A stretch of 64,000 bases of DNA, taken from IMG/VR virus record IMGVR_UViG_3300006919_000045, positions 8,515 to 72,514 of that record. The stretch is one strand, 5' to 3'. This document shows positions 10,301-19,187 of the stretch, one piece after another. The stretch's first letter is position 1; the number at the start of each line of letters is the position of its first letter. A program made the position numbers and the translations under genes. This DNA is from a virus. Under the pieces are notes generated by a model, which did no database searches, had not been told where the DNA came from, and saw nothing but the letters and a program-made list of their open reading frames with translations.

Positions 10301-12970
10301 ATATTCGACATTTGAAACATTAATGTCGCTTCCTCCGCCAAAAGTTTCCGAAGTACAGGTAAAGAAGTGTTGATTGGGATTATTTGCGTGTCTAACTTTA
10401 AATCTTTTTATTCCATCATTAATAAGTTGCTCATCTAAAAATGTTTGCTCTAATAAATGAGTTCCTGAAGTTATGGTTGTTGCAGCTATTGGTAAAATTA
10501 CTGCAGGAGATGCTAGTGCTTTTTCTTTTGTTTCTGCGAGATGAATTTGATTTACACCAATGCCTAATCCTGGCGACTGACCCGCTGCTACAACAAAATA
10601 TTCTTTACCATTTATTAACGGACTAATTGGACTGTTATCAGTATTTATGTATGTAACCTTATCTCCTGTTTCTAATCCTAAGGCACCCATTCCTCCTGTC
10701 ATAATTAAGGAGCTTGCGCCTCGAGCCTCGCTTATAGTTAGATTATCTACCTTAAATCGAAACCTATAATCATACTCTGCATCCATGTCCACAAAGAACC
10801 ACTTATCAATAATAGTGGATCTATACTGTAATCCCGGTCTATAATGGGGCTCAATATCTACCTTGTCAGCTAAATCAAAGTTATCAAAATGCTGGGCACT
10901 ATTAGGATCGTCTACCAGATTATTTCTGTAAGTTCCATCATAATTAAAACAATTTACAAATTTTCCTTTTACAACATAACTTATATCAGGAAGTTGTGCA
11001 TCTGTGTCGCTAACTTTATCTTCAAGTACTACATAGGCAGTATCCAGCAATCTATGAGACTGTCCCCAGTATGTTCCCGGATCTAGCCCCAGTTTTATAT
11101 ATTGTTGTTGCCCTAAAAACAGAGGAGATCCGCTACCTTCTCCGGCAGCCTTATTCATTAAAATTTTATTTGCTTCTTGGTCATCTTTTCCGGAATGAAA
11201 CGTTAATTTCAAATTTTTAGCTTGGGGCAAAGGTCCTAAGCTTTTTTCATGTAAAACTCCTCTTTGATCTTGTTTTTGTGAGAAATACCCCCCTATTTGA
11301 TTTCCACTCGAATCAAACACAGCTGGGTCCGCTGGATTTATTGTACTTCCATCAGGTAAAACCATTGTGACCTGTATACCCAGACCTGAGGGATCTGCTC
11401 CACCACTTATTATAAAAGTACCGTACTGTGTATGCGATATTTGGCCTGCCGCTTGTGAAGAAATTATATTAAAAAAGTCCCCTCCTGCTACATCTCCTTT
11501 TTCCATCGAACCGAAACAAGCAACTCCTTTTACATTGTCATCGTTTGAAACCGTCCCAGGATCGTCCATTCTCCGTACACTTCTATCTGCTTCATCTTTA
11601 CAAACTAGGCTTTCATCATCTACAAATACATCAAATAATCCTGAAATAGGTCCTTCACATAGAACATTTGCAGAATACATAGTTGTAAATCCACCGTCAA
11701 ATTGAGCTGTACTTGAACCCGTCTGGTTTGGAGTAACATCGGGAGTAATTATTATATCTGCGAATGCAGGAAAAGAGTCAATTTTTTGTACCCCATAGAC
11801 AACGGGAATATGCTTCGCTTCTAGGTTAAGTCTTAAATCAAGTTGTCTTTCAACTTCAAAATATTCTGTTGAGTATTTTCTACCCCCCATCATACCTGCA
11901 AGGCCGCCTCTTCTACGAGATTTCAATCTAGAGTCAGTACCTGTGTATTTTGCTAAAACATTTAGTGATTTATCAGCATGCTCGAATCCAAAATCACTAG
12001 CATATTGAGGTTTTAAAGCTGTATTTTCTAAAGAGTATCCTGCTGAGTCTAATCCTCTATGAAATTCATCCGAAGTTAATCGTCCTTGTACTCTTACAAA
12101 GTCCCCCCAATGGCTAGTTAAAGACCAAGTAATCGTAGGCTGTCCTGAAATTTTTTCATTGAGAGTACCTTGAGCAATAACCCCTTTAAAATAAAGAAAA
12201 GGACTCCCAATTATAACTCCAGTATCGGGATGTGCAAAAACTCTATAAATTTCTACGCTTCTATTCACATAGCTTTCATAGCTTAAAGAGCCTATGTTTT
12301 TTGCGGTAAGAGTAGTTACTTCCGGATTAACATAATCTATGTTACATTCCAGTGGAGTAGTAAATGCTACAATTCCTTCTTTTTCTAAACTTGTAACATG
12401 AATTGATTTTCCATCATTGCTAATTCTATCAATTTGGACTGTAAGTACAGTTGGTGCTGCTCCCGTAAAATTTGTATTTTTAGGGAATGCAAGTGGATTT
12501 CCGATAAAATCTAGACTTGTTCGAGTTAGGCTTATAGTATCTCCTACATAAAAGCCTGCCGAAAAAAGATCAAAGTCTAAAGTAAGTAATCCTGCAGCGC
12601 CATTTCCATTTCCGTTAGCTGCGGGCAAAGTACTAGGAATATTTGTCGCTATTTCAGCTTGTGCAACAGCAGTTGCTCCTAGTTTAACGGCAGAAAGAGT
12701 TAAGCTCATTTTAGTGGCTCTTGCTTCTATTGCCTCTTGCACTTTTCCTATTTTTACAATTCCGCCTGCCTTATAACCATTGGTAGAGCCATCTCCATCT
12801 TCATCAAAGTCTACATCATAAGGAGCATCCGTAAGATAAGTAAAATCAGTCCTTCGAGTAGCTTTTTGCAGACTTGAAGGTTTTTCAAATTTTACCAAAT
12901 GATAGGTTAAAAGAGGCACTCGATTCTGTAGCGCCGTTATAATATCATCATGTATATTTCGTAATGCCAT
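4382..12970 (-). CDS. Baseplate hub/tail tip protein fused to central fibre (T5 pb3/pb4-like), 2862 aa
   Basis: Directly after Dit; IPVVYG, NPALQLLDYL and tip-attachment-like motifs, FN3-like segment (LNWNN...YYYWIRY), variable C-terminal fibre region. Confidence 0.8.
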   Translation of the reverse strand: MALRNIHDDIITALQNRVPLLTYHLVKFEKPSSLQKATRRTDFTYLTDAPYDVDFDEDGDGSTNGYKAGGIVKIGKVQEAIEARATKMSLTLSAVKLGATAVAQAEIATNIPSTLPAANGNGNGAAGLLTLDFDLFSAGFYVGDTISLTRTSLDFIGNPLAFPKNTNFTGAAPTVLTVQIDRISNDGKSIHVTSLEKEGIVAFTTPLECNIDYVNPEVTTLTAKNIGSLSYESYVNRSVEIYRVFAHPDTGVIIGSPFLYFKGVIAQGTLNEKISGQPTITWSLTSHWGDFVRVQGRLTSDEFHRGLDSAGYSLENTALKPQYASDFGFEHADKSLNVLAKYTGTDSRLKSRRRGGLAGMMGGRKYSTEYFEVERQLDLRLNLEAKHIPVVYGVQKIDSFPAFADIIITPDVTPNQTGSSTAQFDGGFTTMYSANVLCEGPISGLFDVFVDDESLVCKDEADRSVRRMDDPGTVSNDDNVKGVACFGSMEKGDVAGGDFFNIISSQAAGQISHTQYGTFIISGGADPSGLGIQVTMVLPDGSTINPADPAVFDSSGNQIGGYFSQKQDQRGVLHEKSLGPLPQAKNLKLTFHSGKDDQEANKILMNKAAGEGSGSPLFLGQQQYIKLGLDPGTYWGQSHRLLDTAYVVLEDKVSDTDAQLPDISYVVKGKFVNCFNYDGTYRNNLVDDPNSAQHFDNFDLADKVDIEPHYRPGLQYRSTIIDKWFFVDMDAEYDYRFRFKVDNLTISEARGASSLIMTGGMGALGLETGDKVTYINTDNSPISPLINGKEYFVVAAGQSPGLGIGVNQIHLAETKEKALASPAVILPIAATTITSGTHLLEQTFLDEQLINDGIKRFKVRHANNPNQHFFTCTSETFGGGSDINVSNVEYTSEGYIHQQDPNPLAPFPISIKRTVTRGKQIDHTLFSNEFGIDTGAMVNVFGTNVPEALVTLFKDGITAAQAAAITASLGSGNPLTQADFAAVGNSLPTGDSYVYEIDFSGDPSLNIAAAPALARNLIKAIKGTPSAAQAIDLQIKREHKGGTVVNGVLQDGTTVKVSPFTTVSGWPGLAAAYDVSTDKIILNGFNTQLDELFDAVNTDAPGAGQIDNTDPANPVQQENVDTKIHSSNVTATLQFFQVLVQDSTAPDIDTTHADTLDGTTITFKKDNVEDKTVGLAYPSDTETAVSGTNLNIALRNANLLVLTEHLNTTDHGGSSKYSYGGKSYEGSGVPNKSDRRVSINPALQLLDYLRSTTYGKGLSDDLLNIESFRETARACDQQSRVTVLGSHIRPPTHISVGDVYEYRFPETSSKVFFRGTLEEISDTIQYDVAEYNPTTNTTTTVTRSYKQYTFKDVIGKLGRKWYSYTKYHRGEIVWTVEGKALIVDPGTINDPYPKTISQPTTPLPQATISAGYTGGGATGGVVYLTKVSGASNTNSDTELHLDTEVHSGGTGNPIVKKLVGDGRIASGYDLYDSCDVRYWKYLGWEERTQRHATRHQLNQTLDTSAPLFDNVNQMLTQFNGILRYSNGKYELDLKTKAPTTISSLEQITTDRIIGDIKITDKGLSKTYNSVTTGYIDPQNGFNSKNITYYNSDYKKQDKGISRQGQYKAPGITNYFNNRMNIKQMLDESRSGLTATFTGSPETYVLLPGNIIAITYERFNWASKLFRIQSMSPRDDLLVDFTVIEHNDDAYVLEALPSDLVESIYPEGPGFPVVNPITPTGLTAVGTTDGIRLNWNNVVNFSQETHIVEVWRSSNSSFSTSFPTFGTENDVEKAHKTSSVNTTTDDANLDPDLTYYYWIRYRLPSNKGAAGVKQFSGFHPGRNEPGVSATALDNRSYSVDFFGPQTANYDAAGDLLSGSTFTYTATAFNFLDPRFKFTFDGAAEPSFTAPASGSQKTFNITVPSTIFTGVKDIKVEIQEGAAGGTKIEETLTLVAVQQPQTQKTVKLFKKLNNVNVITGITNPAQQTFANPTNGISGWSTTQQDLTQNLDVIFMVERVFTTDGLSPQDAAWSPPVIVARREDGAVGPDGPGTPRMDLTNENHSVTADRFGNVVNSNFPGANTAVAIYEGATNVTNNWTFATPVASNSGLGFSWNGTTKILQITSMSAALTEATVTISASYLGTTLTKTFTITKINAGASGAEGESVNIIFGRFSAANPPPGTPANSASPNNSIGWYDNPPADQGDPLYASRGTKASGATNFVWSTPYRVDGDSVAEVYVYSNVITGNNIPTPPTSSTYNFRTSTLTINDASWNKDPPSLVNDGDQIYVAVGLATGTPRGTPTVTFGAAARYAVKTDGDDAVVYSLNIVPSVIKKTIPATGSATFDFTTLNVSTIKTAGTTVTQSPLPANEVIIKAYLNSATSAHATSSNGNMTLTSSANYGSASSIKFELIKNSVVIDTETVPILEQEQGASGPRTIQGYLYYRKTGPNHAIAPSAPNGNTYTFSTGIVSATFPVSPPDINTGTTPLDNVWQNSPQTTNAAALETVWTVRYYGTESSSGATSIGVSYSTVVKHTNFTGVVTFSSGTQLTDGSVTIDPLTANEVNGTSGVTQTIIDGGNISAGSIRAGNFSGDVTETYTLSFGDQQAGIAGNFTQASTSIFHFTVPAPKDNGVTLNGVSANVARSLFGNMHVVLESSSQYIIRAYTEIFLKSGTVSGAASGTMYRQNFNGYTFVSNTPVSPFAGSALKYLEINGDKMDELNIGGLLYKHGGTGGYSPIVGLEYYPTGALGSNSSERTRVYFYSNNSLSSNNRANLKGTFSPSYMIWENWPSIYNTSLSGTPSIAQVSMRARIGGIYKASGPGVCVMPINFRLPKRVHTSPVELTAKTTIVHHTTNSVHTSTNAAGGSSISLAVRFVGGTFGYSV

Positions 12971-13627
12971 TTATGCCAAAGCCTCTTCTACATTGACTGA
13001 AAAAGTATACAGTCCATTTGCTTTTACTGAGTAAGTGAGCATAGCTCCTTTAACTCGTACACGAAGGCGCGGACGAGTCATAAGAATTCTTGCAGTATCC
13101 CCCGCAGTAATTTTTCGCTGTAACCCCGGGGAAAAGAAAACTCTATTATTTACTGTATCAATTTTTGTAACTTTATATGCTTTTAAGTGTAAACTATCAT
13201 CATTATTAATTAAATGAAACATATCGCCCATATTAATATCATCTACATCAGTACCCGTTAAATTTAAAAACTCTCTTCCCGGACTTGTACTAGCTGTAGT
13301 ATTTATTATCTGGGTGGCTGCAACAGCATTTCCATACTGAGGAACCTCTACAAAAAAGGCTTCTTGACTTTGTTGTCTTTCTAGTAGAAAAGGATACACT
13401 ACATTGAAATCAGATTTTGTAAGATCATTATACTTAATATCCAATTCCCACTGATGATACTTTACAATGGAACGAAAAGAAAGACCAGAGTTTGATTTAT
13501 TTGAAACAACAGGCTGATTTGATTTTAAAGTTACAGATGAAAATCCAGGACCGTAAGAACCACTGTCATCATTGCCAGCAATACTAATACGGTTATTTGG
13601 ATCAGGTAAAGTAGTTTGAGCTGTCAT
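12971..13627 (-). CDS. Distal tail protein (Dit, T5 pb9-like)
   Basis: LPDP...GPGFSSVTLKSNQP motif; between tape measure and hub. Confidence 0.8.
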   Translation of the reverse strand: MTAQTTLPDPNNRISIAGNDDSGSYGPGFSSVTLKSNQPVVSNKSNSGLSFRSIVKYHQWELDIKYNDLTKSDFNVVYPFLLERQQSQEAFFVEVPQYGNAVAATQIINTTASTSPGREFLNLTGTDVDDINMGDMFHLINNDDSLHLKAYKVTKIDTVNNRVFFSPGLQRKITAGDTARILMTRPRLRVRVKGAMLTYSVKANGLYTFSVNVEEALA

Positions 13628-16600
13628 TTATAACTCCGAGGTTCTTATGTTTTCTAGGAACTCTTCTCCGTTTGCATTTGCTGCTTCACGAATCATATCA
13701 ATAATATTACCGCGTTGATTTGTAAGTAGATCTTCCACGCCTGTTGCATCTACAGCTGAGATATTAAATGTTGCATTTACAGCAGTCGGAGCTACAATAT
13801 CATCATTTGGAATAATTGTACCTGCCCTATCTGGGACAAACATTTCTGGTCCTTGTTCTCCAACCATAAATGCGGTATTTCCCCCTTCTGCACGATTTCT
13901 ATATCCTGAGAATGCGGGAGTAAAGTCTTCTGGACCTCCTACCCCTCTTTCGCCTCGGAAGTATGAGAGTTCTCCTGTTCCTCCAGAGGACTTGGCTAAG
14001 TCTACGCTAGTTCTTCTTTGTCCTACAGATGCGGAAGATATGCCTCCTGAGTCAGCGGCGGAGCCTCCACCTGCATAGCTTGTCCCTGCTACGATTGCTA
14101 GTTGTGCCGCACCAAGTGCAGCATATACAGCTGCTAGTGCTAAACCTGCAGGGAATCCTGCACCTAGTGGGGGAGGAGCTACAGCTGAGGCAATTGCTGC
14201 TGCTGTATTTGCAACAATACTTGCCATTTGAATTTTCTTTTGCTGCTCGAAAGCTTTTCGCTGCATTTGCTCTTTTCGCTTTTCAAGCTGTTTAATTTTA
14301 TTTACACTGTCTCGAGATTTTCCATCTCTCTTCTTCTCAGCTGCAATTTCTTTATCGATTCCGGCAATTTTTGCTGCAGAAGAGGCTGCTTGAATTTGTC
14401 CAATTGATTGAATTACTCCTGCAACTGCCTCTAGTTTTGCTGCAGTTGTTGCTCCGGACTCTCCCAACGCTTGGAAATTATCCATTAACATTACTGTACC
14501 ATCAACCATTGCAGCCATAGCTTCGCCTTCCGGCCCGAGATTCTTTAAGTCTGCGGAGAAACCAGCAAGAATCATTTTGCCACCTTCAATTACTCCTCCA
14601 AGCTCTCCAAATTTTTCTTTTAATGCTTCTAATTTCTGAGGGTTATCTGGATTGAAAAGATCTGTAGCCATTGTGGCACCCGCAAGGAGTCCTCCTCCAA
14701 AGTTGCTTTCTCCGGCTCCCTCTCTTGCAGCTTGCATTATTGCCAAGGTTTCTTCATTGGCAACTTTTGCTTTCATTAACGCATACTGTTGATTTATAAC
14801 CTCAATCTCTAAATCAGCAACTTGTCGAGCAGTGTCTAGTTGAGCATCAAATTTATCAAGTGCAGCCTGTTCTTGCGCATCCAGTCCATCTTTTGCCATT
14901 TCTAATGCTAAAAGATCTCTTCTTGCTTGTAATACTGCGAATTCATTGTTAACTGTAGCAATTTTTAAATCTTTTTCTAATTCAGCAAATTTTAATCTTT
15001 CTTGTCTTTCTGTTTGGGCAGCGCGAACAGCCTCTGTAATACTTCGTACATTACCAAACATATCCGTGTTTTGTAAATCTGCGATTTCTTTATTTATCTT
15101 GGAAAGTTCTTTTCCTGAATCTATAGTAGCACTTAATAATCTATTAGCCTCTTCGAACTGGGCTTCCATTAAGTCTAACTCAATTTCTCGCTTTGCAATT
15201 ATATTATTTTGTAAGTCTAGCCTTACTTTTGCAGCGTCAGCCGCACTTAAACCACCGTTTGCCAAACGCTGTGTTTGATCTGCAATTTGAACTTCTAAGT
15301 CTAGTCTTTCCGCATTAAGAGAAACTAAATTAGTGCCAAGAGCCATTTGTAGCTGAAGATTCGCAGATATACTTGCTAGAGCTCGCTCTTGCTTTTGTCG
15401 AGCTTCTTGTGCTTTTTTCAATTCTGTGGTTCCAGCTCTAATCTCTGCATTATGCTCCTGCTCCCTATTTACACCGTCTATCTGAGCATCTACTATATTT
15501 TGTCGAATGCCTAAAATTTCGTTATTTAAAGCTATTTGTGTTTGTGCTGCAAGTGCTTCTTCGGTAAATTGAGGGGTGCTTGTGCCTAGTTTATCAGTTG
15601 CAGTATCAGGTACAAACTTTTGCCTGGCCGCTTCTGCTAGCCTTGCATTTGCTGCTTTTGTTTGTGCTTCTAGCAGTGCAAACTCTAACTCTATGATTCT
15701 GATTTTTTCAGCAGCAATTGCTTTTTCAGCTACAATTAACTCACCCTCTCTTTGTTCCAAAAGGGCGATTTCATCTGTAATGTCTAAACCACTTCCTGCA
15801 CGTGCACGAGCTGTTTTCACTGCAAGAGATGCAAGAGCCCTTTCATTTTCTATTTCTTTTTTTGTTGCTTCTACTGCTGCTGTTTTTGCCTGTGCCAGCA
15901 GTCTTTCTTTTTTCATTCGTGCCTCTAAAACACGAACTCTTCTATCTTCTTCACTTATTATTTTAGTTTCTAGTTGAAGTATTTCTGTTTCTAGAGTTTG
16001 TATTCCTGCAAGTATTGCTGCTCGATCTTTAGAACTAGTGTTTGCGTTAAGCATTGCTTTATTAACTTCAATTTGTGTACGGAGCTGTTCTTGCTTTTGA
16101 CGTGTAAGATTATTTTCTGCATCTACTGTTATAGCAATACCCTCTTGGGTTGTAAAATTAAGACTTTTTATAATAGCTAATTCGTCTTTTGCTGTTGTAA
16201 TTCGGTCTTGTGCGCTTCTCAAAGACTCTTGCTGTTTTGAAATTAATCTATTTATTCCTTGAATTCTTTCCTCTAAACTAGAACCTTCTTGGCTATCTAT
16301 AAGAGCTCGAAGAGTTGATCCTTGAGCAGCTTTTTCATCGAGAATTTTTTCTAAATCTCCTACTTCAGTAGCAGATGCTGCAGCTTTTGCTAAGTCACTT
16401 AAACTATCTGCCATTGCATCAACAGGAGTAGTTTTAATAAATGAGTTCACAAAATCCTGAGTAGCAGTAGAGGCTGCTTTTGCAGATTCTGCAAGTGCTT
16501 GTGTTTGTTTTGATGCTCTTTCTGCCGCTTCTGCAATATCAATTACTCTTGCTATAGTGTCTTTATTAATTTTTTGTATTCCCGCCTCTTTTAAAGCGGC

Positions 16601-18394
16601 AGCAAAAAGATCACTCTCTTCAGCGGCTTCTCTAAATAACTCAATAGTTCCCTCTACAGAATCATCATATCCTGTGGCTTTGAGTTTATCAACTTCGTCT
16701 AGTATTCCTCCTAAAGCACTACCATATGCAATTGTTCTTGCAGTTACTGTAGTAATCTTTTTTGAGGTTCCTTCTACAGCAGCATCTACCTCGCGCAAAG
16801 ATTTACCGAACTCGGCTGTTGTTTCGCGAGCTGACTCCAGTGTATCTTTATACTCTTTGTATGCTTTAGACTGAAAAAGTCCAATAACAAATTTAAAGCC
16901 TTCAATTAAAAGACTTACTACTGCAATTATTGCTGAAATCGGGCCCAGAAGTGCAGTAACCGCTGCGCCTGCAATACGAAATGCCCCTGCAGCAAGTAGT
17001 GCAGAAGCTCTAGTAATATGCAGAGTTTTACTAAGTCTACTTGTTTGAAATGTAGCCATAGAAACATTGAGTCTATAGGCAGCTACCATATCTTTGGTTT
17101 TTGATAAACCATCTTTGAAGTCGCCATTAGCTACTGCAGCAATTGCATCTGCAGTAGCTGCTTGTTGTTGAGCTTTTCCGTAGTCTATTGCGCTCTTTCG
17201 TATTGCTTCTTGAGCAGCTCTAGCCGCTTTAATTCTTTGAGTGTACTCCTCTGTTTTGTCTTTGTTTCTATTTAACGCGGTTGTAAGTCCTCCAACAGCG
17301 CCTTGTTGCGCAAGAATTGCATCTTTGAATTGTTGTGCATTAGCGGTACCTTTTAGCATACCTGTGCCCAACTTGGTAATGTTGTCCTTAGCACTACCAA
17401 TTTCTGATAGTCCGTCAACTGTTTCTTGGTTCATTTGTTTTGTATCTTCAGCCGCCTGTGCTGCGGCCGCACCATATTCTTTTATTCCTCCTAGTATCTG
17501 ACCAGATATAGTAGCTCCAAGGCCTGTGAGTGCCGCTAATAATAGTCCTGAATTACTTGCGAGTGCAGATACAAAAGGAACAATGGCGATATTAAGTATG
17601 CCAAGAAGTTGTTTAGATAAATCATTAAAGGTAGCAGCAAGTTTATCAAAAGAGCTAACATCAAGATCTCCTAATGCTCCATACTTTTCATTTGCTTGAT
17701 CAAGGGCTTCGTTTGCAAACGCTTGGCGTTTTTCGAAGTTTGTAAGTTCTCCTGCACTTTTTCCTATGGAACGTGCATACTTTTCTGCTGCATCATCGAC
17801 GCGAACAAATAAACCTAATTCATCAAGAAGTTCAGGCTCAAGCTTTGTAACACCACGAGTAAATCGTTCTAATGATTCTGCAGTGTCTCTACCGAGTGCG
17901 AGAGAAGCATTTTTTGCAGCTTTACCAAACTCTTCAACACTGCTTGGATCTAGCCCGGCACTTGTTATCAATGCAGTAGATCTCATAGCTTCTTCAAGAC
18001 TTAGTGCAAATCCTGTTGATTCTTGTAAACCACGAGAAAGAGTGCCTAAAGCGAGTCCGCTGGCAGCACCCATCTCACTCAGACCTTTTGTAAGTTGCTC
18101 TACTCTTGCAGCTCCTCGTAAAGCATTAAAAAGTGCAGTAATTGCAAAGATATTTGCTGCCAATGCGGCATACGCAGGCACAAGGCCTCCACTGATGCCT
18201 TGTGACATTTTTGCAAAGTTTTTCGTACTATTGGAAGATGCTTGGGCGGCACCTTTTAGCGCTCGATCTTGACTTCTGGCAGATTTAGAAAGATTATCTG
18301 TAGAAGCGGCCGCTTTATCAGCATCAGCTGCGAGTGCTTTTAGATTACCGTCGGCATCTAATTTAAACTTTACGACTACTTCGTTGGCTGCCAC
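13628..18394 (-). CDS. Tape measure protein
   Basis: 1588 aa, Ala-rich coiled coil, hydrophobic segments, C-terminal VGEQGPEMFVP motif. Confidence 0.9.
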   Translation of the reverse strand: MAANEVVVKFKLDADGNLKALAADADKAAASTDNLSKSARSQDRALKGAAQASSNSTKNFAKMSQGISGGLVPAYAALAANIFAITALFNALRGAARVEQLTKGLSEMGAASGLALGTLSRGLQESTGFALSLEEAMRSTALITSAGLDPSSVEEFGKAAKNASLALGRDTAESLERFTRGVTKLEPELLDELGLFVRVDDAAEKYARSIGKSAGELTNFEKRQAFANEALDQANEKYGALGDLDVSSFDKLAATFNDLSKQLLGILNIAIVPFVSALASNSGLLLAALTGLGATISGQILGGIKEYGAAAAQAAEDTKQMNQETVDGLSEIGSAKDNITKLGTGMLKGTANAQQFKDAILAQQGAVGGLTTALNRNKDKTEEYTQRIKAARAAQEAIRKSAIDYGKAQQQAATADAIAAVANGDFKDGLSKTKDMVAAYRLNVSMATFQTSRLSKTLHITRASALLAAGAFRIAGAAVTALLGPISAIIAVVSLLIEGFKFVIGLFQSKAYKEYKDTLESARETTAEFGKSLREVDAAVEGTSKKITTVTARTIAYGSALGGILDEVDKLKATGYDDSVEGTIELFREAAEESDLFAAALKEAGIQKINKDTIARVIDIAEAAERASKQTQALAESAKAASTATQDFVNSFIKTTPVDAMADSLSDLAKAAASATEVGDLEKILDEKAAQGSTLRALIDSQEGSSLEERIQGINRLISKQQESLRSAQDRITTAKDELAIIKSLNFTTQEGIAITVDAENNLTRQKQEQLRTQIEVNKAMLNANTSSKDRAAILAGIQTLETEILQLETKIISEEDRRVRVLEARMKKERLLAQAKTAAVEATKKEIENERALASLAVKTARARAGSGLDITDEIALLEQREGELIVAEKAIAAEKIRIIELEFALLEAQTKAANARLAEAARQKFVPDTATDKLGTSTPQFTEEALAAQTQIALNNEILGIRQNIVDAQIDGVNREQEHNAEIRAGTTELKKAQEARQKQERALASISANLQLQMALGTNLVSLNAERLDLEVQIADQTQRLANGGLSAADAAKVRLDLQNNIIAKREIELDLMEAQFEEANRLLSATIDSGKELSKINKEIADLQNTDMFGNVRSITEAVRAAQTERQERLKFAELEKDLKIATVNNEFAVLQARRDLLALEMAKDGLDAQEQAALDKFDAQLDTARQVADLEIEVINQQYALMKAKVANEETLAIMQAAREGAGESNFGGGLLAGATMATDLFNPDNPQKLEALKEKFGELGGVIEGGKMILAGFSADLKNLGPEGEAMAAMVDGTVMLMDNFQALGESGATTAAKLEAVAGVIQSIGQIQAASSAAKIAGIDKEIAAEKKRDGKSRDSVNKIKQLEKRKEQMQRKAFEQQKKIQMASIVANTAAAIASAVAPPPLGAGFPAGLALAAVYAALGAAQLAIVAGTSYAGGGSAADSGGISSASVGQRRTSVDLAKSSGGTGELSYFRGERGVGGPEDFTPAFSGYRNRAEGGNTAFMVGEQGPEMFVPDRAGTIIPNDDIVAPTAVNATFNISAVDATGVEDLLTNQRGNIIDMIREAANANGEEFLENIRTSEL

Positions 18395-18737
18395 TTGTTG
18401 ATCTCTTTAACTTATCTCGCTCTCGCTTCAAAGTTTCTGCGGACTTTTCAATCGCTCGTCCATCTAAAAAGTGCAATACTTCTATTAAGTATTCTGTGTC
18501 ATTAATTCCAAAAACGTCTATAAGAATAGGTAAATTTGTGTAATCTTTTCCTATGTATCCTATGTCGGGATATGCTCTATCTCCTAAAGAATTAAATACA
18601 GAAATTGCTTGCTGCATTTCGGGAGGAAAATCTTCAAAGTCTGGAGGTATTTCATCCGGATTTGGTTCTTTTTGTAACTGTTCGCACATTTGTAAATAAC
18701 GCTCTCGCGTCATTTTTGCGTCTAAGTTTTTATACAT
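18363..18737 (-). CDS. Tail assembly chaperone, second ORF (probably reached by frameshift)
   Basis: Directly upstream of tape measure, in the +1 frame relative to the first chaperone. Confidence 0.7.
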   Translation of the reverse strand: MYKNLDAKMTRERYLQMCEQLQKEPNPDEIPPDFEDFPPEMQQAISVFNSLGDRAYPDIGYIGKDYTNLPILIDVFGINDTEYLIEVLHFLDGRAIEKSAETLKRERDKLKRSTSGSQRSSRKV

Positions 18738-19173
18738 CCTCTCCAGGCGCTTCAGACTCTCCTCTTTCTCGTTGGCTACGAAAATTATCTAAATCAAAGA
18801 CTACCTCGTTGAGCCAAGTATCAAATTCAGTTGAAGAAGAGACAAGTACTTCTGCGTTATCAATACTGTAAGGGAGCTCTTCACTCATATCCTTATCCTC
18901 TGTATCAATTAAAAGAAGAGTTTCTAAATGTTCAAGAGTAAGACCTTCCCACCCTTTTACTACTGCTCCTGTGAACTCTACAATAAACTTTTCATCATCA
19001 AGTTCTTCGTTTAACTGTCGAGTTTTACGATCAAATTTTTGTACAGTACAGCGCTTTCGAAGTCCAAGAAGCTCTTTTCGAGAAAGATTTGCTACTTTTA
19101 CTTTAAACCCAGATAAACCTGGAAAGTCTACCCAGACTTCTTTTACGTTGACTACTAGTTTTTTTAATTCCAT
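18730..19173 (-). CDS. Tail assembly chaperone
   Basis: ATG 19173 (MELKKLVV) with AGGAG RBS; VKGWEGLT motif; T5 p139-like position. Confidence 0.75.
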   Translation of the reverse strand: MELKKLVVNVKEVWVDFPGLSGFKVKVANLSRKELLGLRKRCTVQKFDRKTRQLNEELDDEKFIVEFTGAVVKGWEGLTLEHLETLLLIDTEDKDMSEELPYSIDNAEVLVSSSTEFDTWLNEVVFDLDNFRSQRERGESEAPGEDV

Positions 19174-19187
19174 TACTACAATGCTCC

